NCBI GenBank assembly: GCA_035504195.1
Contig: DATJSG010000016.1
Location: 284,828 to 348,827, forward strand
Direction: 5' to 3'
Source of the DNA: Terriglobales bacterium
Lineage (GTDB): Bacteria > Acidobacteriota > Terriglobia > Terriglobales > Acidobacteriaceae
Length of the DNA stretch: 64,000 nt
This document shows positions 25,748 to 35,173 of the stretch, one piece after another; within the stretch, counting starts at the first letter, position 1; each line of letters opens with the position of its first letter. The notes under the pieces are model-generated. The model did not search any database. It was not told the origin of the DNA and saw only the letters and a list, made by a program, of their open reading frames with translations. Made by a program: the position numbers and the translations under genes.

Positions 25748-26242
25748 ATGCCCGACGACCAACGACCAGCCACCGGCGACGCGCCCGCAACACCCCTCTC
25801 CGACGAACTCTGGATGGAAGAAGCCCTGCGCTGCGCCCAGCGCGCGCTCGAAGCCGGAGAGGTACCGGTCGGCGCAGTCGTAATTTGCACAGGCCGCATG
25901 GTCGGCCGGGGATGGAATCGCAATATTGCCGGCAACGATCCGACGGCCCATGCCGAAATCGTTGCGTTGCGCGAAGCCGGTACAACCGTTGGCAACCACC
26001 GTCTGGGGGAATGCGAACTGTTCGCCACCATTGAACCTTGCGCCATGTGTGCGGGCGCCCTGGTGCACGCCCGCATCAAGCGCCTCATATATGGCGCGGA
26101 CGATCCGAAAGCGGGCGCGGTGCGGTCGGTCATGCAGGTGCTGAACCATCCGCAACTCAACCACAAAATCGAGGTTCGGAGCGGAGTTCTGGCCGGCCGC
26201 AGCGCAGAGCTGCTGCAACAGTTCTTTAAGAGCCGTCGTTAG
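25748..26242 (+). CDS. tadA: tRNA adenosine(34) deaminase
   Basis: EVPVGAVV, HAEIVALREAG and the zinc-site motif EPCAMCAGAL are present. ATG 25748 is preferred over TTG 25700. Confidence 0.85.
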   Translation: MPDDQRPATGDAPATPLSDELWMEEALRCAQRALEAGEVPVGAVVICTGRMVGRGWNRNIAGNDPTAHAEIVALREAGTTVGNHRLGECELFATIEPCAMCAGALVHARIKRLIYGADDPKAGAVRSVMQVLNHPQLNHKIEVRSGVLAGRSAELLQQFFKSRR

Positions 26243-26390
26243 TTAAGGCGTTTGGTTTGCGGCGCGAGCGAAGCGGGAGCCAGCTGTCGCAATCCTGAGG
26301 AGCGTGGTTTTGCGCGAAACTAGATCTGGATTTTGCGTCCGTTCATCTCGGCATGTACGAGGTTTGGCAGAAAAGCCCAGCTCAAACTAC

Positions 26391-26480
26391 TGGCGGAGAG
26401 AGAGGGATTCGAACCCCCGATACCCGTAAAGGTATACACGCTTTCGAGGCGCGCGCCTTCAGCCACTCGGCCATCTCTCC
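26391..26480 (-). tRNA. tRNA-Ser (anticodon CGA)
   Basis: The reverse complement reads GGAGAGATGGCCGAGTGGCTGAAGGCGCGCGCCTCGAAAGCGTG-(long variable arm)-GGGGGTTCGAATCCCTCTCTCTCCGCCA. The 7-bp acceptor stem, the T-loop TTCGAAT and the class II variable arm were folded by eye. Confidence 0.85.
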
Positions 26481-26613
26481 GCGCTCGCCAGTTTCAATTT
26501 TTATTTTATCAGGGAAGCTGCCGGCATCGAATTTCCGCATCCCGCTCATTGAACTGAGTCCGGCTCAAGTATGTGACAGCCGCGGCTGCAAATCCCAGCA
26601 GCGCCATTTGATT

Positions 26614-27612
26614 TCACTGCTGTTGCTGTTGTTCCTGCTCGAGTTGCCTTGCTGGAGCGCGCAGCAGTACCGGTCTTGACCGCACCACGAAGCTGGGTGC
26701 TGCGGGCGGTGGGACCACGCTGTCCGCAGGGCTTACCGTCACCGTGACGCTCAACTCGCTTTGCGATTCGCCCTTATAGACGCCGCGGGTAGGAGGAACG
26801 TCGGCGTAATCGCGTCCGATGGCTACGCGGATGTGGCGGTCGCCGCCGACCAGATTATTGGTCGGATCGAACGCTACCCATCCCAGCCTGGGCACCAATG
26901 CTTCTACCCAGGCGTGCGACGCGCCTTCGAGGGACCTGTCTTTCTCGCTCTCGTCGCGATGGAACATGTATCCGCTGACGTAGCGGCAGGGAATGTTCAG
27001 CCGCCGCACCAGCGCGATCATGATGTGGGCGAAGTCCTGGCAAACTCCCTGACGCGCCTGGATCGCTTCTTCAATCGGCGAATCTACTTTCGTGCTGTTG
27101 GGAACGTAGGCAAATCGCTCGTAAATTGCGGCGTTGAGTGCGGTCAACATCTCAAACGGATTCGTGTGGCGCTCGCGGCTCACTTCATTGGCGGCGCTTT
27201 CGAGGGCAATGTCTTCGAGTAATTCTTTCGCCAGGCTTTCGAGCGCCGGGCTGGAGCGCGCGAACTGGCTGGGCAATAGCATTTCCCAGTAGTCGCCGCC
27301 CGCCACGAGCGCGTCAAGATCGGCCCAGTCACCGCAGTCGGAGGCACGCGGCCGGGACACCGTCTGCACTTCTACTGACGACTCTGCCGTGACTTTCACC
27401 TGCGTGTGACTGCCGGCTATGTCGAAATGATGGACCGTGTTGCCGGCAAAATCGCGGTATTGCATGAGGTTTGCCGCCGGCTCGACCTTGAGGGTGAAGC
27501 TCAGACAGCGTTGGTCGCCGTCGCTGCGCGGTTGCAAGCGGACCTCCATCACGCTCTCGCGCACCGCAGGTTCGTAGCGAAACGTGGTAGCGTGGCGGAC
27601 GGAATAGATCAA
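26614..27612 (-). CDS. transglutaminase-like protein (Bact_transglu_N plus transglutaminase core)
   Basis: MIYSVRHATTFRYEPAVRESVMEVRLQPR is the typical N-domain. GVCQDFAHIMIALVRRLNIPCRYVSGY contains the core Cys, and HAWVEA...FDPTN contains the His and Asp. The C-terminus ends in EQEQQQQQ. Confidence 0.8.
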   Translation of the reverse strand: MIYSVRHATTFRYEPAVRESVMEVRLQPRSDGDQRCLSFTLKVEPAANLMQYRDFAGNTVHHFDIAGSHTQVKVTAESSVEVQTVSRPRASDCGDWADLDALVAGGDYWEMLLPSQFARSSPALESLAKELLEDIALESAANEVSRERHTNPFEMLTALNAAIYERFAYVPNSTKVDSPIEEAIQARQGVCQDFAHIMIALVRRLNIPCRYVSGYMFHRDESEKDRSLEGASHAWVEALVPRLGWVAFDPTNNLVGGDRHIRVAIGRDYADVPPTRGVYKGESQSELSVTVTVSPADSVVPPPAAPSFVVRSRPVLLRAPARQLEQEQQQQQ

Positions 27613-27792
27613 GGCTCCTCTTTTCGTGAATCAGGCGAATTCGGTCAGGGGCTAAAGCCTTCACTCATTCGGCGGCTTATGGGGCCCTCGAAGGTCCACT
27701 TGTCCGCGGCGGCGTATCGTCTGCTTTATTGCGCGGCGTCCAAAGCCGCAGCCTGCCCCAAATCCTGTCTTGAAGCGAATTCGAAGCTATCC

Positions 27793-28791
27793 TTACGAAA
27801 CCAGCGCCGATTCCACTGAATAATCGAAGTACACCTGATGGATCGCCGTATGCGCCTGGGCACACTGATGGCGCACATTGTTCACATAAGCATTCGCGCC
27901 CGACGCCATGATTTCTTCGATCTGGCTGTAACTCAAGGTCGCGCATAGCCGTCCGGCGAGCCGCTCCGGCTGTTCCATTTTGCGCTCGGTCAATTCTCCA
28001 ATTGCGGTCAGGGCCCGATGCACGCGGTCCACGGAGAACCGCACCGAATGAGGGAATTCGAGATTCAGCAGCAGAAACTCGGCCACGCGCAGCGGGCGAA
28101 TCTCGGCCGTGTAGGTCTTGCAATAAGCCTCAAACGCCGCGCAGGACTTCAGCAGTGCCACCCATTCCAGGTATCCTTCGCTCTCGACGGCTTGATCGAG
28201 GGCATGCGGCAAGCGTCCGAAGTGAGTTCCAATCAGCCGCGCCAGTTCGTCAGTGCGCTCGACAAATCGCCCGAGTTGGATGTACTGCCAGCCTTCGCCA
28301 TGGGACATGGTCGAATCGGTCACACCCTGAAACAGATGTGCGCCCTCCTGCACGGCGCGAAAAAAGACGTGCGAGTGGAGCAGCCAGGCCTCGCTCGCCG
28401 TCGTGCTATTCACTTGCAGGTACAGGCGGTTGAGCTGCTCCCACATTTCCGTGCTGCACTGTTCGCGCACCTGCCGAAGATTTTCGCGCGCCGCTGCCAC
28501 GCAGGAAAGAATCGACGAGGCATTGGTGCGGTCAAGGGTGAGAATGTGGGTGAGCGATGCCGCATCGATCTTGCCGTCTTCGGGCGGCGCCACCTGGCAG
28601 GCTTCGAGCAGCCGAAGCCAGCGCCCCGCGCCCGTTTCCGGGGATTGATCGAGGCGAAGCTGCAAGTCGACATCGATCAGCCGCGCGGTGTGCTCGGCGC
28701 GCTCCAGGTAACGGCTCATCCAGTACAAACTGTCCGCGACCCGCGAAAGCATTACGGATTGTCTGCGCCCTGCCATGCCTGATCCATTCAT
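27793..28791 (-). CDS. alpha-E domain protein (DUF403)
   Basis: MLSRVADSLYWMSRYLERAEHTARLIDV is the canonical alpha-E N-terminus. Confidence 0.8.
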   Translation of the reverse strand: MNGSGMAGRRQSVMLSRVADSLYWMSRYLERAEHTARLIDVDLQLRLDQSPETGAGRWLRLLEACQVAPPEDGKIDAASLTHILTLDRTNASSILSCVAAARENLRQVREQCSTEMWEQLNRLYLQVNSTTASEAWLLHSHVFFRAVQEGAHLFQGVTDSTMSHGEGWQYIQLGRFVERTDELARLIGTHFGRLPHALDQAVESEGYLEWVALLKSCAAFEAYCKTYTAEIRPLRVAEFLLLNLEFPHSVRFSVDRVHRALTAIGELTERKMEQPERLAGRLCATLSYSQIEEIMASGANAYVNNVRHQCAQAHTAIHQVYFDYSVESALVS

Positions 28792-28837
28792 GCCGGTTCG
28801 ATCATATTGGCTCGTTCGTTTCGTGCTGGAGTATCGA

Positions 28838-28965
28838 GTCGACCTCAGGGGCTAAAGCCCCGGTTTATTTTTTGCCCCTTAACGCGGCCCTTAAGGGCCG
28901 CTCTTCCACGGCGATCCATGCATTGGTGGCGCTTCCACGGCGATCCGTCCGTCCGTGGCGCTCTC
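28838..28965. repeat. intergenic REP-like cluster
   Basis: It contains CAGGGGCTAAAGCCCC, the 18-bp palindrome GCGGCCCTTAAGGGCCGC and a direct repeat CTTCCACGGCGATCC (two copies). Confidence 0.55.
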
Positions 28966-28967
28966 GG

Positions 28968-30488
28968 TTACGCGCGCAGCACCCAGGTATCTTTGCTGCC
29001 GCCGCCTTGCGACGAATTTACCACCAGCGATCCGCGGCGCAGGGCCACGCGAGTTAATCCTCCGGGCACCAGCGTGACATTCTCGCCATACAAAATGTAG
29101 GGACGCAGATCCACATGCCGCGCCTGCACTTCGCCGTCGAGGAAGCAAGGCGCACGCGACAGGCTCAGCGTGGGCTGCGCGATGTAGTTTCGGGGCTCGG
29201 CCTCGATTCTGCGGCGGAAGTCTTCCCTTTCTTCTTCTGTGCTGTGCGGGCCAATCAACATGCCGTAGCCGCCCGACTCTCCGACCGCCTTCACCACCAG
29301 TTCTTCCAGATGATCGAGCACATAATTTCTCTGTGAACGGTCGTTAAGCAGATATGTCTGGATATTTTGCAGGACGGGATCTTCGCCCAGATAGTACCGA
29401 ATGATCGCCGGCACATACGCGTACAGAGCCTTGTCATCGGCGACTCCGGTTCCGATCGCGTTGGCCAGGATCACGTTGCCGGCGCGATAGGCGTTGAACA
29501 ATCCCGGCACGCCCAGGCTCGAGTCCTGGCGGAAACACAGCGGGTCGAGAAAGTCGTCGTCGACGCGGCGGTAAATCACGTCCACGCGCCGCAGGCCTGC
29601 CGTAGTCCGCATATAGACGACATTGTCGTGGACGAGCAGATCGCGTCCCTCGACCAGTTCAATGCCCATCTGCTGCGCCAGAAACGTGTGCTCGAAATAT
29701 GCGGAATTGAAAACTCCCGGCGTCAGCAAAACCACTGTCGGTTCGTGCCGCGAAGTGGAACTTCCCGGCGCTAGCGCGCGCAACGTCGCCAGCAACGCCT
29801 GGGCGTAGTGGTCTACCGGGCAGACGCCGTAATCCCCAAACATGGTGGGGAACACTTTCTTCAGCACTTTGCGATTGGCCAGCATGTAGGAAACGCCGCT
29901 GGGAACCCGCAAATTGTCTTCGAGCACCGCGAAGCTGCCGTCGGGAAGGCGCACCAGGTCGGTTCCGCAAATGCTGACATAGATGCCGCGGGGCACGGTG
30001 ATGCCGCGCATCTCACGCCGGAAGTGGCGGCAGCTGTAAACCAGTTCGCGCGGAACAATGCCATCGGCCAGAATTCTTCCGTGATGGTAAATGTCTTCGA
30101 GAAAAAGATTCAGCGCGGCAATGCGCTGGGTGAGGCCGCTTTCGATCCTGCGCCATTCCTCGTGCGGAATAATTCGCGGCAGCAGATCGTTAGGAAAAAC
30201 GCGTTCCGTCCCTTCTTCGTTGCCGTAAACCGTGAACGTGATTCCCTGGTGCAGAAAGGAGAGATCGGCGGCCTGCTGGCTCTTGCGCAGTTCTTCGGGA
30301 GGCAGTTCGAGCAACGTTTGAAACAATGCCTTGTAATGCGGACGCGGCGTGCCCGGCGCGGCAAACATTTCGTCGTAGGCGCCACCGAACTGGTAGTTGC
30401 GAAATGGAGGTCGAAAAAGTGTAAGTGGAGGTTCCGGCGAAGTCATCCGGTGTACGAGTGCGCGGGCTCGGGTACGGCTGGGCTGCAC
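28968..30488 (-). CDS. circularly permuted type-2 ATP-grasp protein
   Basis: It is a 506-aa protein. YDEMF...[37 protein letters not shown] and [15 protein letters not shown] are typical of the CP_ATPgrasp_2 family (DUF404/DUF407). Confidence 0.8.
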   Translation of the reverse strand: MQPSRTRARALVHRMTSPEPPLTLFRPPFRNYQFGGAYDEMFAAPGTPRPHYKALFQTLLELPPEELRKSQQAADLSFLHQGITFTVYGNEEGTERVFPNDLLPRIIPHEEWRRIESGLTQRIAALNLFLEDIYHHGRILADGIVPRELVYSCRHFRREMRGITVPRGIYVSICGTDLVRLPDGSFAVLEDNLRVPSGVSYMLANRKVLKKVFPTMFGDYGVCPVDHYAQALLATLRALAPGSSTSRHEPTVVLLTPGVFNSAYFEHTFLAQQMGIELVEGRDLLVHDNVVYMRTTAGLRRVDVIYRRVDDDFLDPLCFRQDSSLGVPGLFNAYRAGNVILANAIGTGVADDKALYAYVPAIIRYYLGEDPVLQNIQTYLLNDRSQRNYVLDHLEELVVKAVGESGGYGMLIGPHSTEEEREDFRRRIEAEPRNYIAQPTLSLSRAPCFLDGEVQARHVDLRPYILYGENVTLVPGGLTRVALRRGSLVVNSSQGGGSKDTWVLRA

Positions 30489-30635
30489 TCTAGGACTCTA
30501 GGGGGCTGATCGGCCCAACGTCCAATCGAAATTGTTTATCGCAGGCATTCGGATTTCCGGTACCTGGAGAACGTGTTCGAAATCCCCATGAGAGCCTGCA
30601 CGGCGAGAAGTCGAAGGGAATCTGCTTTCTGCTGC

Positions 30636-32117
30636 CTACTCTCCCGACTTTTTCTGTCCCGCGCGAAACACGGTCCACGGCCCTGCCTTCATGTCGCGCA
30701 ACAGCGGCTTCTGCCAGGCAAATTCCGGATGATGATCGAGAAAAGGTTCCGCCAGAAAATCTTCCCCGCAGGGATGGCCTGCGTGGGCCACGAAGCTCAT
30801 CTTTTCCGCCATCGCGCTGCTGGTTGCCTTGCCCTGCACCGCGCCTCCGGGATTGTACGGATCCCAGCCCCATTCTTTTTCGCCGCGCGGCGAGTTGTCG
30901 ACATGCCCGCACAAGGAGCGCTCGTCGGGCTGCGGGTTCTCTGACGCAGTCTTTTCGAAACTGTCTTCGTGATCGGCCAGGAAGCGCTCGGCCATCCTGA
31001 CGTCGATTCTGCCTTTGTCCTCTTTCATGAGTTGTTCCCAGCGCACATGCCGCGCATTGGCCGACGACGAAGCGTCGTTGGGATCAAACGTGGTCTCTTC
31101 GGAAATCACCTTCGGATCGCGGGCAAAATTGGAGCTGACGAAATATCCATCCTTGGTGCGCCACATCGGCGTGTTCTTGAGGCCCAGTTCCAAATACGCG
31201 ATCTCGCCGGTTTTTCGGTCCCCGATCAGCCAGTCGTTGGCGTAACCGCCATTGTTTCCTTCTTTGATGATGCGCACATAGTCATCAATACTGCCGGCAT
31301 ACTGTAGCGCCTTGCGCGAGCGCATGAACTCCGGCTTACCGTTCGGGTCCCAGCCTTCGAATTGCGTGATGGTGGTTTCCGTGATCATGATTCCGGCGGA
31401 ATTGATGCCGAAATCGTCGTCGCTGGTAATCACGCCCGGAAATCCGTCCATCAGAATGCGGTTGCCGTGCTCGGGTTGGATATCGAAAATAATTACCCAG
31501 CGCTCGCCCGCCAGATAGCTTGTCCAATTGTTGTGAGCGATGACGATCTGACCATCCTTCGTCATGCTGCCGGTCGCGATGAAGGCGCTGCAATTTCCGG
31601 GCGCGGCCAGCTTCGGCGCCTTTGCGGAGTTCTGCCGCTTGTTCAGCCACGGGACATAGTAGTCCGGCACTTCTTCGAACGCATTGAGTGCAACAATGTC
31701 GTAAACATCGAGAGCCACCCCGTGCGCCCTGACGCCACTGGCAATGCCCTGCAGTTCCTGCTGATACTCGGCGTCAATGTGCGGCCAAAGCATTTGCCGT
31801 GCTACCGTGCGGAAGAACTCCCAGTCGCGCTGCGTCTCGTGCGTGTCGAACAGCTTGATAGCCTCGAAGGCGTCGGCGATCTCGGGGGCGAGCAGGTAGC
31901 CGTGCTGATATCCGATATCCTCGGGCGAGCCTTCCAGATGCACATAGGTCCACCCGCCCTGCTCGAAGCGATAGGCCTTGCGCAGGCGCACATCGGCGGA
32001 GCCGGGCTTTGATCTTGCCGCCAGTGCCCTGCCGGTTGTTTTTGGGAAGAATCCGGCCAGCAACAATCCTGTCAATGCCAATCCAAGAACGCAGAAAGCC
32101 CGAGCCATCTTGTTCAT
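30636..32117 (-). CDS. secreted phospholipase-B-like / Ntn-hydrolase family protein
   Basis: It has a signal peptide. GNCSAFIATGSMTKDGQIVIAHNNWTSY resembles the autoprocessing Cys site and following strand of Phospholip_B/C45-type Ntn hydrolases. The assignment is from memory. Confidence 0.5.
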   Translation of the reverse strand: MNKMARAFCVLGLALTGLLLAGFFPKTTGRALAARSKPGSADVRLRKAYRFEQGGWTYVHLEGSPEDIGYQHGYLLAPEIADAFEAIKLFDTHETQRDWEFFRTVARQMLWPHIDAEYQQELQGIASGVRAHGVALDVYDIVALNAFEEVPDYYVPWLNKRQNSAKAPKLAAPGNCSAFIATGSMTKDGQIVIAHNNWTSYLAGERWVIIFDIQPEHGNRILMDGFPGVITSDDDFGINSAGIMITETTITQFEGWDPNGKPEFMRSRKALQYAGSIDDYVRIIKEGNNGGYANDWLIGDRKTGEIAYLELGLKNTPMWRTKDGYFVSSNFARDPKVISEETTFDPNDASSSANARHVRWEQLMKEDKGRIDVRMAERFLADHEDSFEKTASENPQPDERSLCGHVDNSPRGEKEWGWDPYNPGGAVQGKATSSAMAEKMSFVAHAGHPCGEDFLAEPFLDHHPEFAWQKPLLRDMKAGPWTVFRAGQKKSGE

Positions 32118-32201
32118 GAACCCCTCGCTGGGTATGACTTCAAAAACAGACGCAATATTCTAGCCGAAGCCCAATCCGTCTGCGCAAATGCACTTGCTTC
32201 C

Positions 32202-32522
32202 CTAGACGTCTGTACGCCGGTCGGGATGCCGGCTCAAATACCAGCACGGCAGGTTACCGCCATGGGGAAACAGGGCATTGACGCAGGTCTGGGAGTACGA
32301 CGGGTCGAAGATAAACTCCGTTTTCCCGTCTTTCAACAGCACCGCGTAGTAGGGATTAACCACGACCGAGCCGTAGGGATGCCGGTTCGTGGCCACGCGA
32401 ATCTCGAAAACCGCGAAGTCCAATCCGAATGCCAGTGCAGCTGTTCCCATAATGATCAGGAGCGCAATAAGAAAGAACCGTCGGAGCCGAGTTCTAAGGT
32501 TTGGTCGGGAGGGTTGGGTCAC
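32202..32522 (-). CDS. membrane-anchored hypothetical protein
   Basis: The start is GTG at 32522 (VTQPSRPNLRTRLRRFFLIALLIIMGTAALAF...). It has a single TM helix followed by a roughly 70-aa domain. Confidence 0.4.
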   Translation of the reverse strand: MTQPSRPNLRTRLRRFFLIALLIIMGTAALAFGLDFAVFEIRVATNRHPYGSVVVNPYYAVLLKDGKTEFIFDPSYSQTCVNALFPHGGNLPCWYLSRHPDRRTDV

Positions 32523-32696
32523 GCGGGTGCGATTATATCCTCCCGGCGCCCTGGATCCAGCATCTGATCGTTGACAATTCCCCCGTCCGACAGGCAAACT
32601 ACCGCATTCGCCGGGAAACAGTCCCGGCGAACGTCTGAAGAGGCGGTTTGCGGGCAAGTCGGCCGTCTTGTCTTATACTCATTCTGTCCACCGTCC

Positions 32697-33149
32697 ATGG
32701 CCATGACCGAACATCGGGTCTCTTATACGCTCGACTCCTCGCTTGATACGATCGACCACGCCGAGGAGAAGGCTACCCGTATTGCAACCGAACTTGGGTT
32801 TGCCGAAGACGAGGTCATGCAGATTTCCATGGCGGTGCGCGAAGGCGCGGTAAACGCTGTTCTGCACGGCAACGCCTACGCACCCGACAAAAAAGTCACG
32901 CTGGCCTTTGAGCAAACCGGCAGCGATCTGGTTATTACCATTCGAGATCAGGGCAGGGGCATGGATCTGGGCAAGATTCCCAATCCGCTGGCGCCGGAGA
33001 ATCTGCTGAAGACTTCAGGACGCGGAATTTTTCTAATGCGCTCGTTCATGGATGTGGTGGAAATCCGCCCCTCCGAAACGGGCACCGAACTTAAATTGAT
33101 CAAGCACGTCCACGGGCCAACCGCGGGCGGCAAGGAGGCTTCCCAGTGA
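32697..33149 (+). CDS. RsbW/SpoIIAB-like anti-sigma factor serine kinase (HATPase_c_2)
   Basis: Met43 of ORF 32571..33149. [21 protein letters not shown] and IRDQGRGMD...[12 protein letters not shown] are GHKL-kinase anti-sigma motifs. Confidence 0.75.
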   Translation: MAMTEHRVSYTLDSSLDTIDHAEEKATRIATELGFAEDEVMQISMAVREGAVNAVLHGNAYAPDKKVTLAFEQTGSDLVITIRDQGRGMDLGKIPNPLAPENLLKTSGRGIFLMRSFMDVVEIRPSETGTELKLIKHVHGPTAGGKEASQ

Positions 33150-33490
33150 GCATGAAGGTTGGTAGTCGGCAAGTGGATGGAGTCACAATCGTGGACTGCA
33201 GCGGTCGCATCACACTCGGCGAAGGCAGCGTGATTCTGCGCGATACGGTGCGCGACCTGCTTTCCAAGGGCAACAAGAAGATCGTGCTGAATCTCGGCGA
33301 AGTCAACTATATCGACAGCTCGGGCATCGGCGAGCTGGTCAGCGCCTTCACCACCACCAAGAATCAGGGCGGCGAACTCAAGCTGCTGAACCTCACCAAG
33401 AAGGTGAACGACCTGCTCCAGATCACCAAGCTTTACACCGTCTTCGACGTGAAAGACGACGAAGCCGCGGCCGTCAAGTCGTTCAAATAG
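33146..33490 (+). CDS. STAS-domain anti-sigma-factor antagonist
   Basis: [18 protein letters not shown] contains the phosphorylatable Ser context. It is 114 aa long. Its start overlaps the kinase stop. Confidence 0.8.
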   Translation: MSMKVGSRQVDGVTIVDCSGRITLGEGSVILRDTVRDLLSKGNKKIVLNLGEVNYIDSSGIGELVSAFTTTKNQGGELKLLNLTKKVNDLLQITKLYTVFDVKDDEAAAVKSFK

Positions 33491-33511
33491 ACTCAGCAAT
33501 TTAACCCTCTG

Positions 33512-33545
33512 CCATTTCTCGCGTCTCTCTCGGGCGCGAGAAATG
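33512..33545. repeat. hairpin repeat of the GAGAAATGG family (possible terminator)
   Basis: The sequence is CCATTTCTCGCG-tctctctcggg-CGCGAGAAATGG, immediately after the STAS gene. Confidence 0.55.
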
Positions 33546-33669
33546 GTGCGTTTCAGGGTTGCCTTACTTTCGTCTTGCCTCTTCATCGATTCCCCGTCAT
33601 CATAATGTGGTTGAGCTGGTTCCACTACGGATACAGACTCCGAATTCCGATGGCTCCGAGGAGGTTTCG

Positions 33670-34059
33670 ATGCATTCTCTCCGGCTCGCTTGCGCAACTT
33701 CCCTGCTCCTGCTCGCGGCATTCCTTACAGGTTCCTGCGGTAGCGGCAACCCAAACAGCAATCGGCAGCTTCTGAAGATCTCAGTTGCTCCAAATCCTGA
33801 CTTGATCGCCCCGACCTCCTATATCGCTACAGGCACCTACAGCGCTCCGCCAATCACGGTTGCGCCGCTACCGGTTTTCTGGTATTCGATCGATCCGCCA
33901 GACGGATATCAGCTCACTCCAACGCCATACGTAGCTTGTAATTTGCCACACGGATCGACCGTGACAGCCATCGCGCCTGTGAATCCCAACGCCCCGACCA
34001 GCGGGCCAATTGGATCGACTCCAATGGTTCAGGGCAGTGCAACGCTCTCCTGCCCGTAA
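33670..34059 (+). CDS. lipoprotein (hypothetical), paralog 1
   Basis: The RBS is GAGGAGG. The lipobox is LTGSC. It shares VAPLPVFWYSIDPP and APVNPNAPTSGPIGSTPMV with the next gene. Confidence 0.6.
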   Translation: MHSLRLACATSLLLLAAFLTGSCGSGNPNSNRQLLKISVAPNPDLIAPTSYIATGTYSAPPITVAPLPVFWYSIDPPDGYQLTPTPYVACNLPHGSTVTAIAPVNPNAPTSGPIGSTPMVQGSATLSCP

Positions 34060-34166
34060 GGCAGGCGAGCGTTCGCGCTTTTTGCAAACGGCGATTCTCG
34101 TTAATGTGGGCAACTTTTCCCGCTATTGAGGGTTCGGAGGTTCAGGAGAACCAAAAGGAGGTCGCC

Positions 34167-34547
34167 ATGAAGAGATACTGGCTTCCCTCACTGCTACTGC
34201 TTGTCGCTTCTCTGCTGCTCGCCTGCGGAAGCGGAGGCGGTCGCCAACTTCAATCCATCACTATTAACGCTACTCCTAGCGGTAATCAGATTCAGCTCGT
34301 CGCGATCGGCACCTTCTCGTCCCCGCCGAGCACGGTCACTCCGCTTCCGGTCTTTTGGTCCATTGATCTGCCGCCGGCGCAGTACACTCTGACAGCCCAG
34401 CCCCTCTTGATCGATTGCACAGTTGGGGAATATCTGGGCCCGTTCATCGCGATGGCTCCTGCGGACCCGAACGCCCCGAGCAGCGGGCAGATTTCAACGA
34501 CGAAGATGGTCACCCAATCGACGTCCTGTACCCAGGTTAATCACTAA
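34167..34547 (+). CDS. lipoprotein (hypothetical), paralog 2
   Basis: The RBS is AAGGAGG. The lipobox is LLACG. VTPLPVFWSIDLPP and APADPNAPSSGQISTTKMV parallel the upstream gene. Confidence 0.6.
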   Translation: MKRYWLPSLLLLVASLLLACGSGGGRQLQSITINATPSGNQIQLVAIGTFSSPPSTVTPLPVFWSIDLPPAQYTLTAQPLLIDCTVGEYLGPFIAMAPADPNAPSSGQISTTKMVTQSTSCTQVNH

Positions 34548-34647
34548 ATCCCGGCTCATGCCCAATCTAGGTTCCATAATGGAACTGCGCGCAAAAGTTT
34601 TGGCCGCATCACTGAATTGTGCCCGCCGTAACTCATAGAATCTTGGC

Positions 34648-35172
34648 ATGCCGAGTGCGTGGCTGAACTGCCTGATGCTTGTCGCAGCTGCAATTTGTGG
34701 ACTGCCTGTCTCCACACTCGCCGCCGATTGCGTCCCCATCCACGAAGCCCGTCAGCATGTCGGCCAAAATGCATGCGTCACAGGCAAGGTCTTAAAGGTG
34801 AAGGTGGGCGCGAGGGGAGTTCATTTCCTCGACTTCTGCGAAGATCAGATGGCCTGCCCCTTTTCGGTTGTAGTTTTTCCGCACGATCTGAAAGATGTGG
34901 GCGACGTGCGCCGTCTGGCCGGCCACCTGATTGAGATTAAAGGCCCGGTGAAACTCTACAATGGACGCGCCGAGATCATCCTGAATCGCGTCGGCCAGAT
35001 CAGCGGAGGCGCAACTCTGATCCCGCCGCTTCCCAAAGAGTACGACGTAGAAAAACAAGGCCACTACAGCGCCGGCCATCTCACTTCGAAGAAGTTGAAG
35101 AGCGCCAGGCCCAAGCCCAACCCAACCGCAACCTACGGCTATGATGTGGAAGGCTCCGAGCCGCCGGAATAA
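34648..35172 (+). CDS. secreted hypothetical protein (possible OB-fold)
   Basis: 174-aa ORF with a signal-like N-terminus and a Lys/Pro-rich tail. No firm family assignment was possible. Confidence 0.45.
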   Translation: MPSAWLNCLMLVAAAICGLPVSTLAADCVPIHEARQHVGQNACVTGKVLKVKVGARGVHFLDFCEDQMACPFSVVVFPHDLKDVGDVRRLAGHLIEIKGPVKLYNGRAEIILNRVGQISGGATLIPPLPKEYDVEKQGHYSAGHLTSKKLKSARPKPNPTATYGYDVEGSEPPE

Positions 35173-35173
35173 C

